In this document: in pieces, positions 41,347 to 52,305 of the stretch
Position numbering within the stretch: position 1 is the stretch's first letter
Layout of the letters: every line of letters begins with the position of its first letter
Program-made: the position numbers and the translations under genes
Notes under the pieces: generated by a model
Databases searched by the model: none
What the model saw: the letters and a program-made list of their open reading frames with translations, nothing else
Told to the model about the DNA's origin: nothing
From: Takakia lepidozioides
Lineage: Eukaryota; Plantae; Bryophyta
Reading direction: 5' to 3'
DNA: 64,000 nucleotides
Assembly: GCA_030704615.1 (NCBI GenBank)
Contig: CM060733.1
Coordinates: 5,704,001 to 5,768,000, forward strand

Positions 41347-41996
41347 CATGAACTATGTAATGTGGTATGTGGATGACCATGATTTGAAATGTGTAATTCA
41401 CATCAATTCGTCGGCTGTGCAATGATATGGCCTCCAACTATACGGAGTGAGCTCTGAGTGACAACTTTTAGGTAGTGCACATTTGTCATTGCACCGTTCG
41501 AAGTCTACATGTCTTGCTGTCGCTATGCACTACAATCATCTTTTGAAGATGATCATAACTCTCATTGTTATTTGAGGAGGGAGGAAGTCTTCTCGTGGCA
41601 GCCTTTATGGCGCACACTTTGTGAGGATATTTTGTCGTCTTCGTAATTGTAAAAGTGAAACAAGCATTTGTAATTGCACAATGTTGGATGCTGCAATTGT
41701 AGGCCTCAACGCTCGTCTTGATTCTATTTAGGCAAGATTCCCTGCATTAATTCCACGGTCATAGGACCATCCTCGGTTATAGGCGGCGCATGTTAATGCT
41801 GACGTGGCAGTTGACGGACAGTGCCATGTCATCATTTACCGCCACATCAGCATGCTGACATGACGCTCACGCCACGTCAGCATGTGTGCAGGCTCACGCC
41901 ACGTCAGCTGGCGTGAGCGTACGCTCACACCACGTCACTCCTGCGTGAGCGTACGCTCGCGCGCTCACGTGCAACGCTCACGCCATTGCGTCGTTG

Positions 41997-42250
41997 CATG
42001 TGCCATTGGCCCAACTGTCTAGTGTCATCTAAGCCCAAGTGCAATCTCATATGTATCCAAGCGTCTCCTATGTCGAGGCCCAAGTGCGACCTTTAGGGTA
42101 GCCTGTGTCGTTGGCCCATGTGTGAAGAATTGAAATCTAAGACCAAGTGTAATTTCCTATGTATCCCAGTGCATCTCCTAATCTTCTATGTATCTTTCTC
42201 TAGGGTAGCTTGTGCCGTTGGCCCAAGTGTCCAATGTCATCTAAGTCATC
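41997..42250 (+). repeat. ~105-bp tandem repeat that forms the MULE insertion site
   Basis: Units tagggtagc.tgtgcc.ttggccca..tgt..atctaag.ccaagtg at ~42094 and ~42201. The first unit is split between 30634-30650 and 41997 onward. Confidence 0.75.
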
Positions 42251-42549
42251 TAAATCTAATCATTTTTTTTTTCACCCACAAAGCCTATGACCAGATTTGA
42301 ACCGGAGACCTTTCCCTTGATATCTCTCATGTCGAGGCTCCAATCATTATCCCAGGAATGCCCACTTTGCTATTTTTCAGAAATTTCCGACAACCAAATA
42401 TACTTGAAATTCCACATCTCTCACACCGCACGTCCAAAAATCATGAGACCAAGCCGGTGCACCCCTCCTCATCAAGGGCTTTCCAGTGGTAGCAAGCACT
42501 CAGGGTGGGGCCCCGCAGTTTGGGACATCTCAAATCTATGAAACAAAAC

Positions 42550-43440
42550 AAACGTCTCGTTTCATATATTGATGTACAACATACTGGCAAAGTTTGAAAA
42601 CAAACAGAAATCATTTGGGTGGGCAACCATTCGTTGGCCATTTCAATCAATTTCAATTCATCTCATATTAGTCGAGGACCTGTTGGATGATAGGTAGAAC
42701 ATATTGGCACTGTTTGAAAATAAACAAAAATCATTTGGACGGGCAACCATTTGTACATTCATTCATTTTTTTAATAAATTTCAATTGATCCCATACTTGT
42801 CCTGGACCTGTTTGAGGGTATGCAGAACGTGTTGGCAAACATTGAAAAGTAACAAAAATCATTTGGATGGAGAACCATTTGTTCGCCCTTTTAATGAATT
42901 TTGATTGATCCCATACTTGTCCTGGACTTGTTTGAGGGTATGTAGAATATGCTGACAAACTTTGAAAAGAAACAAAAAATATTTTGATGGGGAACCAATG
43001 GTTTGCTATTTTAATCAATTTTGATTTTTGCCATACTTGTCTAGGACCTAAGCACATGGTATATTCAACATGCCGGCAAAGTTTGGAAACAAACAAAAAA
43101 TCATTTGGATGGGGATCCATTTGTTCATTTTTTCAATCAATTTTGATTCACGCCACAAAGTTTGAAAACAAGTAAAAAAAATGCATTTGGATACACAACC
43201 ATTTGTTCGCCCTTTAATCAATTTTGATTCATGTCATACTTGTCCAAGACTTGTCACATGGTATGTAGCGAAGTTTGAAAACAAACCAAAATCATTTGGA
43301 TGAGGAATTATTCGTTTGCCACTTGAACCTCTTCTGATTGACCTCGTATTTTTCCAAGACTTGTCATATGGTATTTAGAATCGTCGATGATGGTACCAAA
43401 GCTTGAAAACAACATAAAATCATTTGGATGGGGAACGGTT
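42550..43440 (-). repeat. 120-bp repeat array, reverse orientation, ~7 units
   Basis: Recurrent gaaaacaaacaaaaatcatttggatgg..aaccatttgttc..aattttgattgatcccatacttgtcc with ~120-bp period. Confidence 0.9.
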
Positions 43441-44161
43441 TGTTCACCGTGGAAATAAATCGCAATAGGCCCATGAGAGCTTCCCCATCGGTGGCACGCT
43501 ATATGGGTACATCAATTGCCATTTATGAAGGCATGTGCAAAGCCCACCAAAAGATGGCGGGGCTGCAGGCGGAATGCTCCCCACCGGTGGCATGCTAGCG
43601 CGCTCGCCAAACCTCCTGCTTGCCAAGCTCTCACGTGTGGGATGCTCGCTCATGCTTGCTTGACTCCACGTGTGTTTGACTTTGTGTTGCGTGGGAGATA
43701 GCGGGCGAGAGATAGCGGGCCCGGAAGGACACGTCAAGATTCAGGGGGCCCTCATGAAATTTGTCATGCCCTCAACCTAAGCGAGGATTTTAGCGTGCCC
43801 CAGTGGGGCTCCATTTTTGTGGTTTTTCTCATTGACACCATATTTTGCCATTTTGTGGCTAATAGCGGGCCTCGGTGGGGATGCTCTGAGTGCTCCAACA
43901 GAGCTGGGTGCAGAATGCTGAAGCTTTGAATCCATTGCTGAAGCTTTGAATCCATTGTTTAGAGACGTCGCTGTTTTCCCGCGTGTCCAGAGGTCGGGGG
44001 TTCAAACCCGTTGTCACCCCCCCTTCCATGTCAACCTATTGTTTGGGAGAGTGACGCCGCACCACGTGGCGAGGCCCCTCTCGACAGGTGCAGGGTTCAA
44101 CCCACTCCCCTGCCCCTGCCCCTGCCCCTGATTTTCTCATAGGCAAGAATAAGAATAAGCA

Positions 44162-44870
44162 GTGATCGCCATTAGTGGCGGTCGCTTTATTTTTGAAAAT
44201 TAAAAACATAGCAACTGCCACTCTTGGCAATCGCTTCATTTTTAAAAATCAAGAATAAACAGCGACCGCCACAATTGGCGGTCGCTTTATTTTTTTTTCC
44301 TAGAAATATGATGCGACTGCCAATATGGCGGTTGTTTTATTTTTATTTTCTAAAAATATGATGTGACCGCCAATATGATGGTCACTTCACCTCCAATTTT
44401 ACAGTCGCTTAATTTTTCTTTTGAATAAAACAACGACTTAATTTTTTTTTAAATTAAAGAAAACCAGAGATCGCTAGTTTGGCGGTCGTTTTTTTTTTTT
44501 TTTTTTTTTTTTACCCAAATTTTGGGTTTTCTTAATATGGAGCGACTGCCATATTGGTGGTCGCTTAATTTTATAAAATAAGAAAAAAACGAGCGACCGC
44601 CAATTTGCGGTCGTTTTTAAAAAAAAAAAAAAAAACAATCAACAACTGCCAATCTGGCGGTTGTTTATTTTTTTAAAATAAAAAATAGATGCGACTGCCC
44701 ATTTGGCGGTCGCTTCATTTCTTTAAAAAAGAAAAACAAACGGCGGCCGCTTAGTGGGCATGCGCATTTTTTTCTTAAAATAAAAATAAGTAACGACTGC
44801 CAATTTGGCGGTCGCTCTATTTTTTATTTAAAAACACAATTGTAGCGACCGTCAATATTGGCGGTTGAGC
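44162..44870. repeat. ~50-bp minisatellite of GCGACCGCCA-N3/4-TGGCGGTCGC hairpins with A/T-tract spacers (~13 units)
   Basis: Copies at ~44162, 44210, 44262, 44314, 44363, 44467, 44542, 44593, 44642, 44691, 44793 and 44845. Confidence 0.9.
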
Positions 44871-45305
44871 ATTATTAAAATAATTTTAAGAAAATTAAAC
44901 ACTATCCACCTGAGTTTTACACCTTGGCTGCCATCTCATTAGAAAGGATAGAAGTAGATCGTAAGAATTAAATGTATAATTACATGGGTAAATGTCATGT
45001 TTCGACGTGACGTGACGCACGTCCGACGTGTCAGCGCCACGTCACGTCAGGAATGATAACTAAGAACTAAGCAGCGTCAAACTGCCACCTCCATCTCGTT
45101 TTCATGTGACTCTTCTGGCACCTCGCTTTCGAAACCTAAAGACATGTCCTCTTTGGTTGCTTCCCAAGTCTTCGCCACCGCAAACGTAAGATATTTCAGC
45201 AATTCTCCTTTGACCGTGATAATGTCCTCTTTGCTTTCCAACACATTATTTCCCAGGAAGAGCTGGACAAATTGTCTGCTCCCTTTTATGCAATGGAGGC
45301 ACTAG

Positions 45306-45671
45306 CACTACAACAAATGGGGGGGGGGGGGGGGGGTTTGCGACGCCAGCCACGTCCCCACGCCCCGCGCGGCGCTCAACCCGCGATGCCGAGCCCGCGA
45401 CATTTTTTTGCGACGCCTCGGCCTCGCAATCCCCCGCTGCGACACCATTGTGACGCCCAGCCGTCGCAAGGTGGCATGAATGGGGAAAGAGGGTCCTCGC
45501 CGCGACGGATTTTTTTTCTTGCGAAGCCAATCTGTTTTTTATTTTATTTTATTTTTTTTAATAAATTAAATAAATTTTGGGATGTTGCGATGCCTCGGCG
45601 TCGCAAAAGCGTCACTGAGGGTGCCCCAGCACCTCTGTGATGCCAAGGCGTCGTAACAGCATCACCACAAT

Positions 45672-45707
<36 letters not shown>

Positions 45708-46268
45708 CGGCTTTGCGGTCCTCAACTTCACAAAAGTGTCGCTGGGGGCGTCCCGAGCTGGGACGGCCAATGCTGCGACACCAGGGGGTCGCAACGGCGT
45801 CGCCACATAGGGTCGCAATGGTGTTGTAGTCAGTTTAGGTCATCACAAGGACGTTGCTTGGGGCGCCTGGCGGTGGGGGGTGCAACAACGGCGTCGCAAA
45901 TTTGCGACCAATGGGGGTTGCAAAAAGGCGAAACCGCGATTTGCGACACCCGAACGTAAAAAAAAAAAAAAAAAAAAAAAACCTACTCTGCATTGCAAAA
46001 TTAGCACCGTCCAGGGGTCGCAAAGTGCGACGCCCGGACGTCGCAATTTTAAGGTGGTACATTTGAATTTAGGCGGGAAAATTTAAATTTGAAATTTGAA
46101 TTTCAAAAACTTGTTGACCATTGATTCCGGTTCTGTCTAATGGCGATATGTTCATTGTTCTACATATATCATGAATGCATACTTGAACCTAAGACCTCCA
46201 CGTTATAACATTTCTAAGACACTAGAGACTAACCAACACACCTACGCTACATCTATGTATTACAAAAG

Positions 46269-46314
<46 letters not shown>

Positions 46315-46506
46315 TAAGATTTCTTTCAAGTTCCTTCTAAGGGGTCCCTCTTGTGACGCCTGGGCGACGCCCTTGTGACGGGCTTGCGACGCCCGGGCTT
46401 CGCAAATTTGGTTCTCCCCCCTGCCCGAAAAGGGCTGTTTTACGACGCCGCAGCGTGGCTGCAGCGTAAAACCCCCCCTCCCCCCTTTTTTTTTTTTCCT
46501 GTAATG
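45306..46506. mobile_element. Non-autonomous CACTA (En/Spm) element
   Basis: Termini CACTACA / TGTAATG, 3-bp TSD TAG (45303-45305, 46507-46509), mirrored G-tract/C-tract ends, and many TGCGAC/GTCGCA subterminal motifs. Confidence 0.88.
46271..46308. repeat. (AT)19 microsatellite
   Basis: Read directly from the sequence. Confidence 0.95.
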
Positions 46507-47130
46507 TAGAGGACGCAATGAACAGTTTAGCCTCCTTTAAGTCTCCGGGCTTAGATGGTATGCCCATAGCCATACAGAAGTTCTCTCTCAGCTAACTACA
46601 AACCTATCACGTTGCTGATTTCTGTGTATAAAATTATCTCCAAGGCCCTGGCCTTGAGGCTCCAGCCCTTAATGTACAAGCTTATTAGACCTAGGGAATC
46701 TTGCTTTCTTAAGGACCTTATGATTTTGGACAACATTCTTCTGGCTCATGAGGCCTTAAACTGTGCCCATGATTTCAACCAACCCTTAGCGCTCCTTATG
46801 CTTGATTTCGAAAAGGCCGCCTTCGATAACATTGATTGGGACTCTCTTACGAGGGCACTCCTGAACTGCGGAATCAATGGCAATTTTTATCCTGGATCAA
46901 CATTCTCCTTCGTTCTGCCTCGAGTAAGGTTATTGTGAATGAGGCTTTATCCGAGTCATTCCCCTTGTTTCGCTCTGTTCGGCAGGGCTGCCCCCTGTCG
47001 TCCTTTCTTTTCCTAATTGCTACAGACGGGCTTAGCCATCTGCTAGACAAACAATCTGACATGTATTATTGGGCTCAAGATTCCCCACCCTTCTCAATCA
47101 GACTATAGCGTTAAGACTTCTGGGCAGTTG

Positions 47131-47862
47131 CAGGGTTGAATGAACCAAAAACGGCAGATCCTGCTCCATGAAAGTCCATGACCCAAAAAATAAAAATAAA
47201 AGATACTATCCAAAATATTTGTTTAATGATAGATAATGGTATACTAAACATATTTAGTAAAGAGTCCTACCCCAAATATTAAAGATATAATTTATTAAAT
47301 ATTTTAGTCTATTATTCAGAGAAATTATGAAAAATTAATATTTAGAGTTTACGAAAAAAAAAATCAATATGCCACCTAGCCATTGAAGATTATAGGTTTT
47401 TATACTTCTAGAAAAACATTGACACCCAAAATCCAAAAAACAAGATGAGCTATAGACTTTTCAAAAAACGCATATTTGTTTTTACATATATTAGTCCATA
47501 TGAGTCAAATGACAAATGATTTTGCCACTTTAAGTCCATACCTATGATGTGGACAAAAATGGCCACATTATGTCCAAATTTCAATGGAATTCACCAATGG
47601 CGCATAGGAGAATTTGAGTCCATTGTAATTTCATTCACTGCGGTAACAGTCCACAATGACGGTGTTCAAAAGTCCATAGCGGAGTCATTTCTTATCGGAT
47701 TCATGATTGGAGAGTTGCTATGGGTGCGTATTGAAGCTAGGAATCCAATGATGTATATATTTGCTAGTTTTAATGAGTTAATTCAAATTCAATTGATGAC
47801 ACCATCAATTGCAGTCATCTAAAATTGTGTCGGTAACGTCCATTTTGGTCCAGTCAACCCTG
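47131..47862. mobile_element. AT-rich MITE-like element with 20-bp TIRs (hAT-like CAGGG ends)
   Basis: CAGGGTTGAATGAACCAAAA vs reverse complement of right end CAGGGTTGACTGGACCAAAA (18/20). Interrupts the LINE RT. No matching TSD found. Confidence 0.7.
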
Positions 47863-50800
47863 CATTCACCCTTCTTTCCATGCGGATGACACGACACTGA
47901 TGTTGGACAACAGCTCTACTTCTAATGTTGATAGATGTCTTGCTGTCATTTCTTCTTTTTGTGGTGCTTCTGGTCTTAGCATTAATTGGATTAAGTCTAA
48001 AGGGATCCTCTCCAAGCTGAGAGATCCTTCCAGTGCTTCTCACTGTCCGAGCTGGGGGGATAATATAGGCATTTCCTGGATGCAAGATGGCAGCTCTAGA
48101 TCTCACACGCTTTTGGGTCATCTCATTGGCTATGACCTTTTTGACAGCCTGCGGGCTGAAGTTGTTTTGTCCAATCTAAAGAAGAAATTGACATACTAGA
48201 GCTCTATGCATCTCTCCAACTAAGTGCTCCTGGCTTCTACCTAGTTCACTACCTCTGTTTGGTCTCTGGGGGCCGACATCATAAAAAAAATAAAAGTCCT
48301 TGTTCGGAACTTCATATGGGGGGCCACCAGGTCTGACCAGACTTGTAGGGCTTTTGTTAGCTGGACTCAGCTTACTGAGAAAAAAAGAAATGGTGGCCTA
48401 GAGCGAGGAAGATGTCAGTGAGGAACAAACTCTAGAGCATCAGAATGGAAGAACGGTCATCTATGGGGGACTTTCTTGAAGAGGTTTACGAATCTGGTGG
48501 CTCAACTCGCCAACTTCGGCGAGGAGATCGAGGAAGATGTTGTTGTGGAGTACATCCTAAATGCGCTGCTTGACTCATACACGACTTATAGTGATGCGAT
48601 CATTGCTCAAAAGGAGCTTCCAGATCTTCTGGACAGAGCTTGTCAGGTCCAAGTTGTTGCACGAGGAAAGCAGACGGAAGCTGAAAGGCCTGAAGTTGAA
48701 CCATGATGAAGCCTTATGATTAAAGTTCAAACGTGCGTACAACAACAAACAGCAGGGAGGCGGTAGGCCTCCATTTCAGAAGACTCAACCATCTGTTTGC
48801 AACATATGTGGCAAGGAAGGCCATTGGCCAGGAACTGTCCGGTACCATGTTAAGAGATCTTCAAGACAAGAAACCAGCAGGCTCATGTCGTCGAAGAGGC
48901 TCTTGAGGAGTTAAACAAAGATGAAGGAGTCGTCGAGGCAGCTGAAATGCTAGAGGCAACATTAGCCGCACTCAACACCTACGAGGAGGCTCCTCTAAAA
49001 GAAAAGTCTACTTCCTAGATTGTTGATTTGGGTGCAAGTAAGCATGCGACGTGCAATCTGAGTCTTATTCACGATGTGGAAGGAAGCAGTACTGCATCTA
49101 CTGTACGATCTGCTGAAGGCTTCCACCACTCTGGGAAGGGTCACGCATTAAATGTACAGCAAAATGGATCAATAAAGCGCATAACTGATGTTCTATACAT
49201 CCTGGCATTACGCGCAATCTACTTTCTGTCGGTGCATTAGCTGATAAAGGTTATCTTGGCATATTTGATCATAGAAAGTGCCTATTTGTTGGGAAGGAGA
49301 GACCCTATAGACTCGTCCTCCAAGGAAAACGATTAAGATCATCGGGACGGTAGAAAATGTCCTCAAATGGTAAATCGATTCTACCTTAGATAAGCATCAA
49401 TATTTGCATATCAAGCTCATGGAGCTTGCTTAAGCCCATAAGTGCTTTAAGCAACAAACATACCATCCCCTCACAACCTGGAACATCAAACCCCTCAGGC
49501 TGCTGCATGTAAACCTCATCTTGAAGAAGGTCGTCTTCACATGGAGATGGACGATGGGCATCCCTCCTGAGCAACCAAAGCAATCATATAACGGATTGTG
49601 GCCCACTTGACGACCGGAGCAAACGTCTCCTCGAAATCCAAACCTTCAGTTTGCTCGAACCTACGTGCAACAAGCTGGTGTGCTTTGAGCTTGCTTGCTG
49701 TACCATCAGCCTGCTTCTTCACTTTATACACCCACTTAGTAGTTATTGGACGTTTACCGGGAGGCAATATGACCAGTTGCCAAGTGCGATTCTTAGCAAT
49801 GGATGTCCTCTCTTGTTCCATCGCAGCTTGTCACTCTGTAATAGAAGCAGCCTCGACATATGTAGTGGGACGCTCAAACAGTAGGGTTTCCACGAGATTG
49901 ACATAACTGGTGAAACGGATAGGAGGTCGTCGCTCTCGAGATGGTCGAGAAGCCACTGGTGCAGGGCTAAGAACCTCATCTTGAGGTGGTTTCTGCAGAG
50001 CAAGATTGTTGGTTCAATGTTGTTCAGTATCACCTGGATCTATTTGGATATCAACATGCAGATCAATAGCAGGTGGGGAGGCAGATCGATGAACCTCTTC
50101 TGCTTCTGTAACCGGTTCCAAAGTCGGAGCAGCTAGGTCAATTGACACATGAGACGATATTTTGGCATTTGAGTCAGATTTTTCTCCCTAAGCGGAAAGA
50201 ACCTCTACAAACTTGATGTCTCGGCTGATGAAGACCTTGCGAGTTGCAGGGTTGTATAACCGATAGCCTTTGGCTACCGTATCATAACCCACCAAAATAC
50301 ATTCAATTGACTTGGAATCCAGTTTGTCTCTTTGATGTTCATCAATATGGACATAAGATTTACTCCCAAAAATTCGCAGATGAGAGAGATTGGGTTTGAT
50401 ACCTGAAATTTTTTGGTATGGTGCGACCTCTAAATTGGCACGAGTTGGTGAAGGATTGAGAAGACAGACAACACAATTGACCGCTTCATTCCATAGGTAT
50501 CTTGGCAACGTGTTCTCCATTAGCAGGCTGTGTGCATGCTCCAGTAAAGTGCGATTCTTTCACTCAGAGATCCCATTTTGCTGTGGTGTATACGATTGAA
50601 TAAGTTGCCTCTGGATCCCTTCGGTATTGCAAAAGTTGATAAACTCCTGTGAGAGGAATTCTCCACCTCTATCTGTACGCAGACAATTTATGGTTTTCCC
50701 TGTAGCTTTCTCTATCATCAGTTTAAAGTTCTTGAAGCAAATAGAAACTTCATTTTTTTGCTTGAGAAAGTACACCCAAGCAAACCTATTGTAGTCAATA

Positions 50801-52305
50801 CCCATAAAAGACTTGGATCCACATAAATCTATATGTACCAGTTCTAAGCGGGGAACCGGCATTTCCCTCTGTTGCTTTCCTAACATACATGCCCTGCAAA
50901 TTTTTGACATAAAAGGGAGTTTAGGCATTCCTAGAACCTTCCCACAATTGCTAAGAAAATGAAGACTGTGGTGATTCAAGTGGCCAAGCCTCATATGCCA
51001 CAGTCAGGTGGTCTCTTCAATCTCAGCAGTGTTCTTGCTAATTACAAGTAGTCATGCTGAAAAGATCACTTGGCTTCGGGAACAACTCATGAAGAAATAT
51101 GAAATGACTGACTTGGGCCTGACAACCCTCTACCCAGCTGCAGAGATAGTACATATCCCTGCAGGAATCGTTGTGTGTCAACTTCAATATGCAATTTCAA
51201 TGCTACGAGAGTTTGGAATGTGGGATTGCAACCCACACAACGTGCCTATGATTGAAGGCCTTAGTTTGCTGACTGATAGTGAGGCTCTTGGGGCTCCGCC
51301 ATAAATCTACTGACTGTCCGCCGACCATTCTCCTTGTACAGTGTAAAATCGACCTTGGGTCAAACACATACTTCGGTACATTCGAGGCACATTTGAATTT
51401 GGAATTCTATATCGAAGAGGCTCAAGCAATGAACTGAATGGATTCTCAGATGCCAACTGGGTTGGTGATCACAACCAACGTCATTCCATAAGTGGGTATG
51501 TTTTCCAAATTGGAGATAGTGCTGCCACTTGGTGCTCAAACAAACAATCTACTGTAGCGTTGTCATCTACCGATGCAGAGTATGGGGCACTTAGGGAAGC
51601 TGCGAAACTAGAGGCCAAATGGTTAAAGAGACTTTAGGAGGAAATAAGGATTTTGGGGGAAGGACCGACTGCACTCCTCTGTGATAACCAAAGCAGCGCC
51701 AAGATAGCTATTAAAAACCCTAAGTCGGTCCTTCCCCCTAACAAAGCACATTGAGGTGCATCATCATTTCATATGAGAAAAGGTGGAGAGGAAAGAAATT
51801 GATCTCATCCATGTTCCTACATCTGAGCAAGTAGCAGATATTTTCACAAAGCCATTAGGCCGAATCAAGTTTGAGAAGTTCAAAAAGGAACTTGGCATGT
51901 GCAGTTTAGCAGAGGCGAAAGGGGGCACCTCAACTGGAGCTTAGCTTTATCTATTGCACGGAAGCAAGGGGCGCCAACCCCAGCTAATTCTCATCTGTAG
52001 CAGCTTTTCCTTACGACACTGAGGAGTGAGGGGGGTGTTGAATTCAACATGTATCATTGCTATTAGTTAGTTTGTCAGTCCTCAGTTGAATGCTTAGGCT
52101 AGCTTTTAAAGGCGTTTCAGTACATGCTGCAGCAGTAGTTAATTCTCACAGGTGGTAGGTATCTTCTTATCCCAATTTGTATGGCTTCATGCCATCTCTG
52201 TATATATTGGGTGCCCTTCCAGTGGCATGGTATTCTAAGCCTACTTGGGCTGTTGATAATACAACAACTCTAGAGTAGATTCGTCCCACTGGATTGTGAC
52301 CAGCT

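Larger units (their letters stand above)
30651..41996. mobile_element. Mutator-like (MULE) DNA transposon, 11,346 bp, with two divergent genes
   Basis: 9-bp TSD CATGTGCCA at 30642-30650 and 41997-42005. Imperfect TIRs: CAGGGATGCCTCGGCGTGAGC..CACGTGAGCGC vs reverse complement of right end CAACGACGCAATGGCGTGAGC..CACGTGAGCGC. Internal DDE/SWIM transposase. Confidence 0.9.
45190..48400 (+). mobile_element. Degenerate L1-type LINE ORF2, interrupted by two DNA elements
   Basis: MEAL|EDAMNSLASFKSPGLDGMP (rejoined across the CACTA), YKIISKALALRL, LDFEKAAFD, SVRQGCPLS, HADDTTL, SGLSINWIKS, FIWG..VSW..NGGL. Confidence 0.88.

Noticed and set aside
42270-42360. tRNA gene on minus strand (B-box GGTTCAAATC)
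   Set aside because: No convincing cloverleaf or A-box; at most a SINE-like relic.
30511-42512. Possible outer TIR pair ggcccacccccgagtg / cactcagggtggggcc
   Set aside because: Short, imperfect and without a TSD.
44162-44870. CRISPR-like array (palindromic repeats with ~26-bp spacers)
   Set aside because: Repeats are degenerate, spacers are mutually similar poly-A/T tracts, there are no cas genes, and the context is eukaryotic.
45246-46573. ORFs within the CACTA element
   Set aside because: They arise from GC-rich subterminal repeats and homopolymers; no transposase motifs.
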